DNA of 45,557 nucleotides from an uncultured Gammaproteobacteria bacterium. GTDB lineage: Bacteria > Patescibacteriota > Microgenomatia > CAYQLK01. The stretch spans positions 1 to 45,557 of the forward strand of contig CAYUKQ010000005.1 in NCBI GenBank assembly GCA_964445355.1, given 5' to 3'. Below are positions 9,070 to 17,673 of the stretch, piece by piece (position 1 is the stretch's first letter; the number at the start of each line of letters is the position of its first letter). Made by a program: the position numbers and the translations under genes. The notes beneath the pieces were generated by a model. That model searched no databases. It saw nothing but the letters and a program-made list of their open reading frames with translations, and was not told the DNA's origin.

Positions 9070-11059
9070 GTTTGATGAAATCGATTTGATTACGAAGTTC
9101 AATCGCCTTCTCAAAATCAAGATTCGAGGCCGATTCATGCATTTCTCGAGTAAGGAATTTGATTATTTTCGTCTTTTCATCCGGAAGAATAACGCCCGAA
9201 GTTGCTTTTTTGATCGCACTTACGACTACGTCATCTAGTTTGGGTGCAGGTTCAGACTGTTCTTCGCGGTCAGCAAGTTTTTCTCGAAGTTTTTTAGTAA
9301 TTCCGACCGGAACGATATTGTGTTGATTATTGTATTCGATCTGAATTTTACGTCGACGGCTAACTTCGTCAATTGCAGCCTGCATGGAATCGGTAATTTT
9401 GTCCGCGTACATAATTACCTTGCCTTCTAAATGTCGAGCGGCACGCCCCATTGTTTGGATGAGAGAGGTGCGTGATCGCAAAAAACCTTCTTTGTCAGCA
9501 TCCAAAATTGCAACGAGCGAGACTTCAGGTAGATCTAAACCTTCCCTTAGCAAGTTGATACCGACGATACAGTCATATTTACCTAAACGCAGATCATCAA
9601 GAATATCAGTACGATCTAGGGTTGTAATATCAGAATGGAGATAATGTACGTTAATACTTTGCTCCTCTAAATATTTTGCCAGATCCTCAGCCATCCTTTT
9701 GGTGAGCGTGGTAATCAAAGCTCTTTGCCCCTTGGTAACCCGTTGTTTAACCTCCATGATCAGATTATCAATTTGGCCTTCAGTTTGGCGTATATTGATT
9801 TCCGGGTCGATCAAACCTGTAGGGCGAATAATTTGCTCGACAACCTTATTGCCTGAAAGCGAAATCTCATATTCGTTCGGGGTGGCTGATACATAGATGG
9901 CCTGATTGATCTTTCGACTAAATTCGTCGAATTTTAAGGGGCGATTATCAAGTGCAGACGGCAAACGAAATCCAAAGTCGATCAATGTTTGTTTGCGCGC
10001 CTGGTCACCGTTATACATACCGCGAATTTGTGGCAAAGTAATATGTGACTCATCAACGATAAGCAGGTAATCATCGGGGAAGTAATCCAAGAGTGAATAA
10101 GGCGGATCACCCGGTTGCCTCCCGTCAAAATATCGTGAGTAGTTCTCAATTCCGTTACAGTATCCAAGTTCTTGAATGATTTCGAGATCGTAATTTGTTT
10201 TTTGACTTATACGATGCGCTTCAAGCTCTTTGCCTTGTTTTTTGAGTTCTCTGACTCGTAAATCCAGATCATTAAGAATTTGAGCCTTTGCAGCTTCAAA
10301 GGTGTCCATTGAGGCTTGGTAATGTTTGGCGGGGTATAAAATTGCCCGCTGGAGTTCTCGAATGGTCGTGGCGTTTAGCGGGTCGGTTACGGCAATTTTT
10401 GAAATCGTATCGCCATTGAAATACAGTCTGAGCGGATTCTCTTCATAGGCCGGAAATATTTCAATAACTTCCCCTCTTACCCTGTATGTTCCGCGACGGA
10501 AATCAACCTCATTTCTCTCATACTGGATCCGATCAAAAGATCTTAAAAGATCCGGCCGTGAAATTGTTTGACCGACGCCCATCTCTGCAATATAACGATT
10601 ATATTCGACCGGTGAGCCTAGGTTGTAAATACACGAAACAGACGACACGACAATTACATCCTTTCGAGTCATAAGATTGGTGGTCGCTGCTAGCCTTAGC
10701 TTATCGATCTCTTGGTTAACATCAGTTTCTTTCTCAATATATGTGTCTGTTTGAGGAATATAGGCTTCTGGACGGTAGTAATCATAGTAGCTGACAAAAT
10801 AGCTTACGGCATTATCCGGGAAAAAGTCGCGGAATTCCTGGTAAAGTTGAGCGGCGAGTGTTTTGTTGTGTGAAATAATTAATGTAGGCCTTTGCGTGGC
10901 AGCGATCACGTTGGCCATAGTAAATGTTTTACCAGATCCAGTAACACCTAGCAGCGTCTGGTGTTTGGTGTCAGAGTTCAGTCCACTGATTAATGAATTG
11001 ATTGCCTGAGGTTGATCACCCGAAGGTTTGTAGTCAGATTTTAGCTTGAACGCTGACAT
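9056..11059 (-). CDS. uvrB: Excinuclease ABC subunit B
   Basis: GVTGSGKT Walker A, YYDYYRPEAY beta-hairpin, DESH, QTMGRAAR, C-terminal UVR motif. Confidence 0.99.
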   Translation of the reverse strand: MSAFKLKSDYKPSGDQPQAINSLISGLNSDTKHQTLLGVTGSGKTFTMANVIAATQRPTLIISHNKTLAAQLYQEFRDFFPDNAVSYFVSYYDYYRPEAYIPQTDTYIEKETDVNQEIDKLRLAATTNLMTRKDVIVVSSVSCIYNLGSPVEYNRYIAEMGVGQTISRPDLLRSFDRIQYERNEVDFRRGTYRVRGEVIEIFPAYEENPLRLYFNGDTISKIAVTDPLNATTIRELQRAILYPAKHYQASMDTFEAAKAQILNDLDLRVRELKKQGKELEAHRISQKTNYDLEIIQELGYCNGIENYSRYFDGRQPGDPPYSLLDYFPDDYLLIVDESHITLPQIRGMYNGDQARKQTLIDFGFRLPSALDNRPLKFDEFSRKINQAIYVSATPNEYEISLSGNKVVEQIIRPTGLIDPEINIRQTEGQIDNLIMEVKQRVTKGQRALITTLTKRMAEDLAKYLEEQSINVHYLHSDITTLDRTDILDDLRLGKYDCIVGINLLREGLDLPEVSLVAILDADKEGFLRSRTSLIQTMGRAARHLEGKVIMYADKITDSMQAAIDEVSRRRKIQIEYNNQHNIVPVGITKKLREKLADREEQSEPAPKLDDVVVSAIKKATSGVILPDEKTKIIKFLTREMHESASNLDFEKAIELRNQIDFIKQKNR

Positions 11060-11613
11060 TATTGATTGGTGTGTGTAAATTCAACCACACCCTCGAGTGG
11101 ACTGTTTCGATCTGCTGAGGTTTCTGCTCGAATAAATACTTTGTCGATCGATTTTGCAATTTTATCAAACAACTTGAGTTGAGCGCGGTTGTCTTGCTGC
11201 TTGAGACTGGCCATTAATTCGGCTAGATGTGATCGAATTAGTTGAATTTCTCTAATTGATAGCTGTGTTTGTCCGGGAAAACGTTCGGCTAGTTGATTAA
11301 GGGTGTCGAATTTGGCCGATAAAGTAGCGGTTATACCCTCTTGCATATTAGCGGGTACGTCGCCAGCTTCTTCTTTAGGGATTTGGTTCAATTCCGAATC
11401 AGCTTGTGATTGTTCAGAAAAAATTGATGATAAAAATTCAACCATTTCTGGGGTTAGCCCGACATCGAGCATTCGAGACTCCGGAGCGGGAGCATTAATT
11501 ATTGCTTCGGCGGCGGCAACTACATTTTCTTCATTAAACACACTGGCATCGTGAAGAATTTGTTCAGCCGCATCGACCGCTGTTTTTTTGGGGTCCGATT
11601 CTAGATGGAACAT
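11059..11613 (-). CDS. Hypothetical acidic protein (184 aa)
   Basis: ORF whose TAA overlaps the uvrB ATG (TAATG), indicating translational coupling. Confidence 0.7.
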   Translation of the reverse strand: MFHLESDPKKTAVDAAEQILHDASVFNEENVVAAAEAIINAPAPESRMLDVGLTPEMVEFLSSIFSEQSQADSELNQIPKEEAGDVPANMQEGITATLSAKFDTLNQLAERFPGQTQLSIREIQLIRSHLAELMASLKQQDNRAQLKLFDKIAKSIDKVFIRAETSADRNSPLEGVVEFTHTNQ

Positions 11614-11721
11614 CGCGTAATTTTGGTTTGAGCCTCATTTTACCATACTTACCCCGAAACTACTCAAAATAAGTACTCTTGTTATTTTGTGCAATTGCCT
11701 ATGTAATAATAAAACTTGTAC

Positions 11722-12735
11722 ATGAAAGATCTACAGGAAGCCTTACCAGTTAGTACAACCGATATCTTGGGTCTGCATGAGAATCCGGCCAGGTTAATGC
11801 AATTTGACCTCAGCGCCAGAAATCCATCAGAACAATTATCTGCCAAAACACAAGCTTTGTTAGCTGAGGTGAAAGCTAAATTCCCGAAACTCAGTCCAGA
11901 CCAAAGACAATTTGCTGTCGATGTTGTTTATGGGCCATTGAGCCTGAATGTTGACCAATTTTCTCAAGAAAGGAAAGATGATATTGCAGAAAGAAACGCA
12001 GTTAATCGCGAAAAAACTCACTCTGCCAGAGTACAACATACTTTTGTTGATGCAATAATTCATGCCTCGAATCCTAATAGTGACCCTGCTCTCGCCAAAA
12101 AAATTTACATGCAACTTGCAAGATTCCAGCAACTCTCGACCACCGCATTTGGGCAGAAAATGGAAATTCCAAGCTTTTTAAACGGTATTCGAGCAGAACG
12201 AGGTGTTGTGGACGCGCTTAGAGTGGGTGGTTATGAGGTGTATCTGCCTGATTATCAGCCTCAAGGTTGGGATGAGGACTATAGTCAAAGTGAGGTTTAC
12301 AAATGGGATGTCCAAAACGGTATTGATCTGGTTGCAAGAAAGGGTAATAGTGTTTTTTTAATTGATGCCAAGGGACGGAAAAAAGTTATGGATCCGGCAA
12401 CCGGACGGGAAATGATCAGAAACAGGGTTGAAGTAGTCTCCGGACAACCTTATGAAATTAGCCGTGCGGGACTAAGGCACGTAGATGGTCTGGAAGAAAT
12501 TTTTGCAATGTGTGATGATCCGAGTATATATCGGTTAAAAATTATCGTTCCCACTGAGCCGACCGAATTAGGCCCACTGTACAAAGTAAATGACGAAGGT
12601 CAAGTCAAACAAGCATTAAAACTTTTTGGCAGATTAAAAAAGGAACATATCGTCGATACAGTTACAGAACTTTCTAAAATTACAACTCAAACTCAAACAC
12701 TAAAAGGAGGAAAAAATGGAAGACAGGTCGCCTAA
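11722..12735 (+). CDS. Putative PD-(D/E)XK (restriction-endonuclease-fold) nuclease
   Basis: AERGVVDAL...GIDLVARKGNSVFLIDAK motif (E..D..DxK); ATG 11722 preferred over TTG 11716. Confidence 0.6.
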   Translation: MKDLQEALPVSTTDILGLHENPARLMQFDLSARNPSEQLSAKTQALLAEVKAKFPKLSPDQRQFAVDVVYGPLSLNVDQFSQERKDDIAERNAVNREKTHSARVQHTFVDAIIHASNPNSDPALAKKIYMQLARFQQLSTTAFGQKMEIPSFLNGIRAERGVVDALRVGGYEVYLPDYQPQGWDEDYSQSEVYKWDVQNGIDLVARKGNSVFLIDAKGRKKVMDPATGREMIRNRVEVVSGQPYEISRAGLRHVDGLEEIFAMCDDPSIYRLKIIVPTEPTELGPLYKVNDEGQVKQALKLFGRLKKEHIVDTVTELSKITTQTQTLKGGKNGRQVA

Positions 12736-12946
12736 GACTAAAATTGTTTCGATCAACGACTCTGAAAATTCTCAAGTGCCGGTATTACCTGCGGATTTTT
12801 TTGATGCCGTGGACTACGTAATTGATCAGGCTGAAATTGATTATTCTGGCTCCCAAGCCATCCATGAATCTGACCCGAGTCGAAATAAGTTAATACAATC
12901 GAGCGTTTTGAATGAAAAGACTAAAAATACTTCCCAATCTAATTAA
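12716..12946 (+). CDS. Small acidic hypothetical protein (76 aa)
   Basis: AGGAGG SD upstream of ATG; overlaps the nuclease 3' end by 20 nt. Confidence 0.65.
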   Translation: MEDRSPKTKIVSINDSENSQVPVLPADFFDAVDYVIDQAEIDYSGSQAIHESDPSRNKLIQSSVLNEKTKNTSQSN

Positions 12947-12960
12947 TAAATATTTACGGA

Positions 12961-12989
12961 TTGATTTTCGGGTTTTATTTGCTTATAAT
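12961..12989 (+). promoter_or_regulatory. lexA promoter (TTGATT-N17-TATAAT)
   Basis: Read directly. Confidence 0.75.
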
Positions 12990-13007
12990 CATCGTGATAC
13001 TGAATGA

Positions 13008-13027
13008 ACTTGTATAACAGTACAAGT
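13008..13027. promoter_or_regulatory. Candidate LexA operator ACTTGTA-N6-TACAAGT
   Basis: Perfect 7-bp inverted repeat between the lexA promoter and start codon. Confidence 0.65.
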
Positions 13028-13049
13028 GTTAAATATAAGATTAAAAAAT

Positions 13050-13664
13050 ATGCCAGTCACTCTATACAAAAGACAAAAACAAATTTTGGATTTTATTAAC
13101 CAATACGTGTCTGTTAATGGCCACTCCCCAACACTTCAGGAGATAGCTGATGCTCTTTCTCTTCGTTCGCTTGCCACTGTTCACGAACATCTTCAGGCTT
13201 TGAGTCGTAAAGGGATAATTCGCAGGTTCGAAGGATCGGTCAGAGGAATTGAGGTATTAGATAAAAGAATTGGTGACAGCCTGCAGGGTATTGAGTTACC
13301 GCTACTTGGATTTATCGCTGCTGGTGCGCCGATCGAGCCTTACACTGATCCGAATGCCACATTTTCTGTATCACCCGCACTAGTTTCGGCAAAAAAAAGA
13401 AGTTATGTTCTCCAAGTTAAGGGTGATTCTATGATCGATGATGGTATTTTGGATGGGGATTTTGTGGTTATTGAGGAACAAAATGTTGCTAATAATGGGG
13501 ATATTGTTGTTGCGTTATTGGATAACGGAGTTGCGACTTTAAAACGATTTTTTAAAGAAAAGGACCGTATTAGATTACAGCCTGCAAATAGCACAATGAA
13601 GCCTATTTTTGCTAAGAGAGTTACCGTTCAGGGTAAGGTCGTTGGTGTAATTAGGAAATTTTAA
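13050..13664 (+). CDS. lexA: SOS repressor LexA
   Basis: HTH region (SPTLQEIA...TVHEHL), Ala-Gly cleavage site (IAAG), catalytic Ser (GDSM) and Lys (TLKRF); ATG 13050 preferred over GTG 13026. Confidence 0.97.
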   Translation: MPVTLYKRQKQILDFINQYVSVNGHSPTLQEIADALSLRSLATVHEHLQALSRKGIIRRFEGSVRGIEVLDKRIGDSLQGIELPLLGFIAAGAPIEPYTDPNATFSVSPALVSAKKRSYVLQVKGDSMIDDGILDGDFVVIEEQNVANNGDIVVALLDNGVATLKRFFKEKDRIRLQPANSTMKPIFAKRVTVQGKVVGVIRKF

Positions 13665-13729
13665 TATTTCAATCAGCCTTAAGACATTAAAAATTGTTTT
13701 GTTTTGATATCCTGTGCTACAGTTAAAGT

Positions 13730-14245
13730 ATGGATATAAACAATACAAACCCCCAGGACCCGGGATTGGGTTCTACACCATCTACAAGTGATGATAATAA
13801 CGGATCTGTGGTTTCTACTCCTGATCTAGGCAGTCCTGTCGGCACAACTGCGGATTCTCAGGTTCCACCTATGCCGTCTGTGCCAACACCCGCTGTTGAC
13901 TTGCCTGAAATGCCAACCGACGATAACGGTCAAGCATCAAATGTTGACGTTCCTGTGGCACCGAGTGCTGATCCAGTGATTAACCCCGCTCCGGCCCCAG
14001 AACCAGTTTCAATGCCAATAGAGACACCGACTAATGAGACTGGATCTCAGGAAAGCGGTTCAGGTTTTGATCCCGCAATGCCGATTCCGGGTACGGAAGA
14101 GGTTACTCCAAGTGCCCCTGTAATGCCATCAGAACCAGCCTCAACGCCTGCAACTGAAGCGCCAACTGTAGCACAACTCCCCGTGTCCCAGGCTGATAGC
14201 GCGGCCGAAAGTTCCACACCTGCACCAACGACAGAGAATTCTTGA
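13730..14245 (+). CDS. Pro/Ser/Thr/acidic low-complexity protein
   Basis: 171-aa ORF with almost no basic or aromatic residues; TACAGT -10-like element 6 nt before ATG. Confidence 0.75.
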   Translation: MDINNTNPQDPGLGSTPSTSDDNNGSVVSTPDLGSPVGTTADSQVPPMPSVPTPAVDLPEMPTDDNGQASNVDVPVAPSADPVINPAPAPEPVSMPIETPTNETGSQESGSGFDPAMPIPGTEEVTPSAPVMPSEPASTPATEAPTVAQLPVSQADSAAESSTPAPTTENS

Positions 14246-14277
14246 GCAAAACTCAAGATATTTCGTTTGAGTAATGT

Positions 14278-14300
14278 ACTCTGATAAAAATTATCAGAGT
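14278..14300. terminator. Hairpin between convergent genes (probable bidirectional terminator)
   Basis: ACTCTGATAA-AAA-TTATCAGAGT, perfect 10-bp stem; no clear U-tract. Confidence 0.55.
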
Positions 14301-14305
14301 CGTGA

Positions 14306-15175
14306 TTAGGTAGCGTTGGTATTACCGGTAATCAGATTATCAAGCAAATTATGTGGTGTACTTACCGATCTGGTGGTTAATGCGCCATTATCTAGCTGGC
14401 GTAATTCCGATTCGTAGGTTGATTTTAAAGTTTTGAAAATTATACCTGTGGCGATGGATTCTTTTTCAAGCGCAATTTTAAGAGCAGCTTCAATATTTTC
14501 AAAGTCGTGACCAAGATCTTGTAGTTTGGTAATTCTTTCTCGATACCATTGATATGTATTTACTTTATTAAAGGTTACACATGGCTGTAGTGCATCAATT
14601 AGCGCAAATCCTTTGTGATTAATCCCTTCGACGATTAAGTCGGTCAATTGCGCGATATCACCAGCAAACCCTCTGGAAACCAAAGTTGCGCCAGAGATAA
14701 TAGCGAGTGCAAGCGGGTTTAGTGCTACTTCTATTGCCCCATCCGGTGTTGATTTTGACTGATATCCTTTGAGTGCAGTTGGTGATTTTTGACCAGTGGT
14801 CAAACCATAAACACCATTATTGTGAATGATTACGGTAATGTCGTGATTACCGCGCATTGCAGCGAGTAAGTGATTAAGGCCTTCACCGTAGGTATCACCA
14901 TCACCAGCTACAACAATAACGTGCTGAGTGTGATTTGCAATCTTTGCTCCAATTGCTACTGGAACCGGCCTACCGTGTAAACCTTCGAAGCCGTATGCAT
15001 GCATAAAGTTGACCATGTGTCCGTGACATCCGACACCATAAACAAGAGTAACCTCGTGTGGGGCAATGTTTAATTTCGCCAATGCGTTCTTAAGTGATGC
15101 CCAGATACCGAAATCACCACAACCGGCGCACCAGTTAGGAAAACATCCTGAATCAAAGTCTTGTGGAATACTCAT
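14306..15175 (-). CDS. 2-oxoacid:ferredoxin oxidoreductase beta subunit
   Basis: WCAGCG, GVGC, TPP-binding GDGD...NNGVYGLTTGQ, QPCVTFN. Confidence 0.93.
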   Translation of the reverse strand: MSIPQDFDSGCFPNWCAGCGDFGIWASLKNALAKLNIAPHEVTLVYGVGCHGHMVNFMHAYGFEGLHGRPVPVAIGAKIANHTQHVIVVAGDGDTYGEGLNHLLAAMRGNHDITVIIHNNGVYGLTTGQKSPTALKGYQSKSTPDGAIEVALNPLALAIISGATLVSRGFAGDIAQLTDLIVEGINHKGFALIDALQPCVTFNKVNTYQWYRERITKLQDLGHDFENIEAALKIALEKESIATGIIFKTLKSTYESELRQLDNGALTTRSVSTPHNLLDNLITGNTNAT

Positions 15176-16902
15176 ATTTTTTTAATAGTTTTTTCAAAAA
15201 TTTTTGCCAGATCTCGGGCTAAAAACGGCCGACCGTCGAATCTTCTAATCCTGTATTTAGGCTGAACCCCTGTTAGTTTTGTTAAATAACTCTCCAATTG
15301 CCCAGTATAGTTGTTTTCAACGACGATCGTATTTTTGCCATCTTTTAGGTAATTAGTGAGTGATTTGATATTAATTGGATTAAGTTTGTCCATCGATAAA
15401 AAGGAGTAATTTGATTTGTCCCCCACTAATTCCAGAGCATCCAAAATTGCACCTTTGTTTGAACCGAAAGAAATAATTTTTAACTTTCCTTTTTGCGGGT
15501 TAATTGGACGGAACGGCTGGGTTTTGGAAGTAAGCAGGGATAATTTTTTGAATCTTTTTTGAGTCATTTGAATGCGGAGTTTGCCGTCTTCGGTTGATTG
15601 ACCTGCTTCGTCATGTTCATCAGAGTTGGCGGCAAAAACATGGCCACGCATACCAGGAATCGCGCGCGGTGAAATACCGCTGGCGGTTAACTGATAGCGG
15701 TGATAAGTTTTAACCTCCTTACCAGGGTTAGTGATCAATTTACCCCGATCAATGGGTATTTTTGTCAAATCAAAAATCTCAACGGTTGAATGCGACTCTA
15801 GAACCATTTTATCTGCGAGAATGATTACGGGAGTTTGATAAATATCCGCCAAATTAAAGGCTTCGACAGTAAGCCAGAAACATTCACTAATATCACCGGG
15901 GGACAAAATAATACGCGGAAATTCGCCGTGACCAGCTGAGAGTACAAACTCCAAATCTTCTTGCGCGGTCCAGGTCGGCATACCAGTTGCCGGTCCCGGC
16001 CGTTGTCCCTCAACAACAACCAATGGTGTTTCGGTAATGCCGGCTAGAGACACACCCTCGGACATTAGCGCGAATCCGCCTCCGCTAGTAGCCGTCATTG
16101 ATCTAACACCGGTAAAAGAAGCTCCAATTGCCATATTAACTGCTGAAATTTCGTCTTCAGTGTGTTTGACGACCATGTCGTGTTTTGGACCATTCTTGGC
16201 TAAAAAATGCATTAGAGCCGAAGTGGGAGTCATTGGATATCCTGAGAAGAACTTGCATCCTGCGGCGAGAGCTCCTAACGCGATTGCTTCGTTACCGCTA
16301 ATTAAAAGTTGATTTTTGCGTGAAATTTTTGGAGATTGAGTAATTTGGGGAAATTTTGTGATTACAAAATCAAAGCCATCTTTGGCGACTTTTACATTCT
16401 GAACGATAATGTTTGTACCTTTTGATGCAAACGATCGGGAAATTACGTTTTCCAATTCAACAAAGGGCAGGCCGAGTGCGGCTACAGCAGCGCCGAGTGC
16501 GGCATTATTAGCAAGCAAAGAGTCAGCATTGTTATCTGTAGCAATCTTTCGCATTGGCAAATCGATTCGCTTAATTCTCGTGGGAAGATCAAGTTCGTCT
16601 TCACTAAACATCGTCGAGTCGTAAATCACTGTTGACTTAGCCGTCAGTTCGTTAAGATGTAGCTTAATTCCATTCAAGTTAAGCGCGACAAGCACATCTA
16701 TCGTATCTTTTGGAGAACGAACAGTCTCTTTTGAAAATGTAACTTGATAAGTATTGTGACCTCCGCGGATTAATGATGGGTACTCAGCATATCCGAAGAC
16801 GCTGTATCCTAAATTACTGACAAGTGTAGCCAAAGATTGACCGGTGGTCATTACGCCTGCGCCCGCTTCACCGGCTATTTTAAAACTAATTGACTGCAAC
16901 AT
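15172..16902 (-). CDS. 2-oxoacid:ferredoxin oxidoreductase alpha subunit (gamma-alpha fused)
   Basis: GEAGAG, YPSLIRGGH, GYPMTP, EDEISA, TATSGGGFALM, QRPGPATGMPT; 4-nt overlap with the beta subunit. Confidence 0.93.
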   Translation of the reverse strand: MLQSISFKIAGEAGAGVMTTGQSLATLVSNLGYSVFGYAEYPSLIRGGHNTYQVTFSKETVRSPKDTIDVLVALNLNGIKLHLNELTAKSTVIYDSTMFSEDELDLPTRIKRIDLPMRKIATDNNADSLLANNAALGAAVAALGLPFVELENVISRSFASKGTNIIVQNVKVAKDGFDFVITKFPQITQSPKISRKNQLLISGNEAIALGALAAGCKFFSGYPMTPTSALMHFLAKNGPKHDMVVKHTEDEISAVNMAIGASFTGVRSMTATSGGGFALMSEGVSLAGITETPLVVVEGQRPGPATGMPTWTAQEDLEFVLSAGHGEFPRIILSPGDISECFWLTVEAFNLADIYQTPVIILADKMVLESHSTVEIFDLTKIPIDRGKLITNPGKEVKTYHRYQLTASGISPRAIPGMRGHVFAANSDEHDEAGQSTEDGKLRIQMTQKRFKKLSLLTSKTQPFRPINPQKGKLKIISFGSNKGAILDALELVGDKSNYSFLSMDKLNPINIKSLTNYLKDGKNTIVVENNYTGQLESYLTKLTGVQPKYRIRRFDGRPFLARDLAKIFEKTIKKI

Positions 16903-16950
16903 TTTACTTTTTTTGTTTAGAACTAAGTTAACTATGATAACATCATTTGT

Positions 16951-17646
16951 ATGAACGAAGTGACGGTACCATCTTTGTATATTATTTCGACCCCGATCGG
17001 TAATTTGTCTGATATTACTTTTCGAGCGATCGATTCTCTAAAAAAGGTGAACACCCTGCTTTGTGAAGATACCAGGCGAACCGCTAAACTACTAAATCAT
17101 TATGAGATTAGGGCCTCGATGATGACCTTTGCAGATTTTAATGAAAATAAAATCATTCATCAACTGTTAGACAGAATGGAGCAGGGTGAGGTTTTTGGTT
17201 TGGTTTCGGATGCCGGCACCCCTTTGGTTTCTGATCCTGGTTATAAGCTAGTTCGTGAGGCAATAAATCGCGGTATCAAAATTGAAGTGATACCAGGTGC
17301 ATCGGCTGTTCTAACGGCACTAGTCGGCTCAGGTATGACACCGGATAAATTTTTGTTTTTAGGATTTTTAACAAAAAAACATACTAAAAGAGTGAAATTA
17401 TTAGAAACGGCAAGTAAACTGCGGAATGAAACAGGGACAACAATTATTTTTTATGAAGCGCCTCAGAGAATAATAAGATTTTTAGAGGAGTTAAAAAATT
17501 ATTTTTCAAGTGACTTACAAATTGTCGTGGCCAGAGAATTGACCAAGGAACATGAAGAATTTATCAGAGGAAATATCGATGAAGTAACTGAAAAGATCAG
17601 CCACAAGAAAGGTAAGATCAAAGGGGAATTTACGGTACTTGTTTAA
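16951..17646 (+). CDS. rsmI: 16S rRNA (cytidine1402-2'-O)-methyltransferase
   Basis: TPIGNLSDIT, CEDTR, SDAGTPLVSDPG, ARELTKEHEE. Confidence 0.95.
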   Translation: MNEVTVPSLYIISTPIGNLSDITFRAIDSLKKVNTLLCEDTRRTAKLLNHYEIRASMMTFADFNENKIIHQLLDRMEQGEVFGLVSDAGTPLVSDPGYKLVREAINRGIKIEVIPGASAVLTALVGSGMTPDKFLFLGFLTKKHTKRVKLLETASKLRNETGTTIIFYEAPQRIIRFLEELKNYFSSDLQIVVARELTKEHEEFIRGNIDEVTEKISHKKGKIKGEFTVLV

Positions 17647-17673
17647 ATTCGTTTAGTGCTTCGTACACAATTT

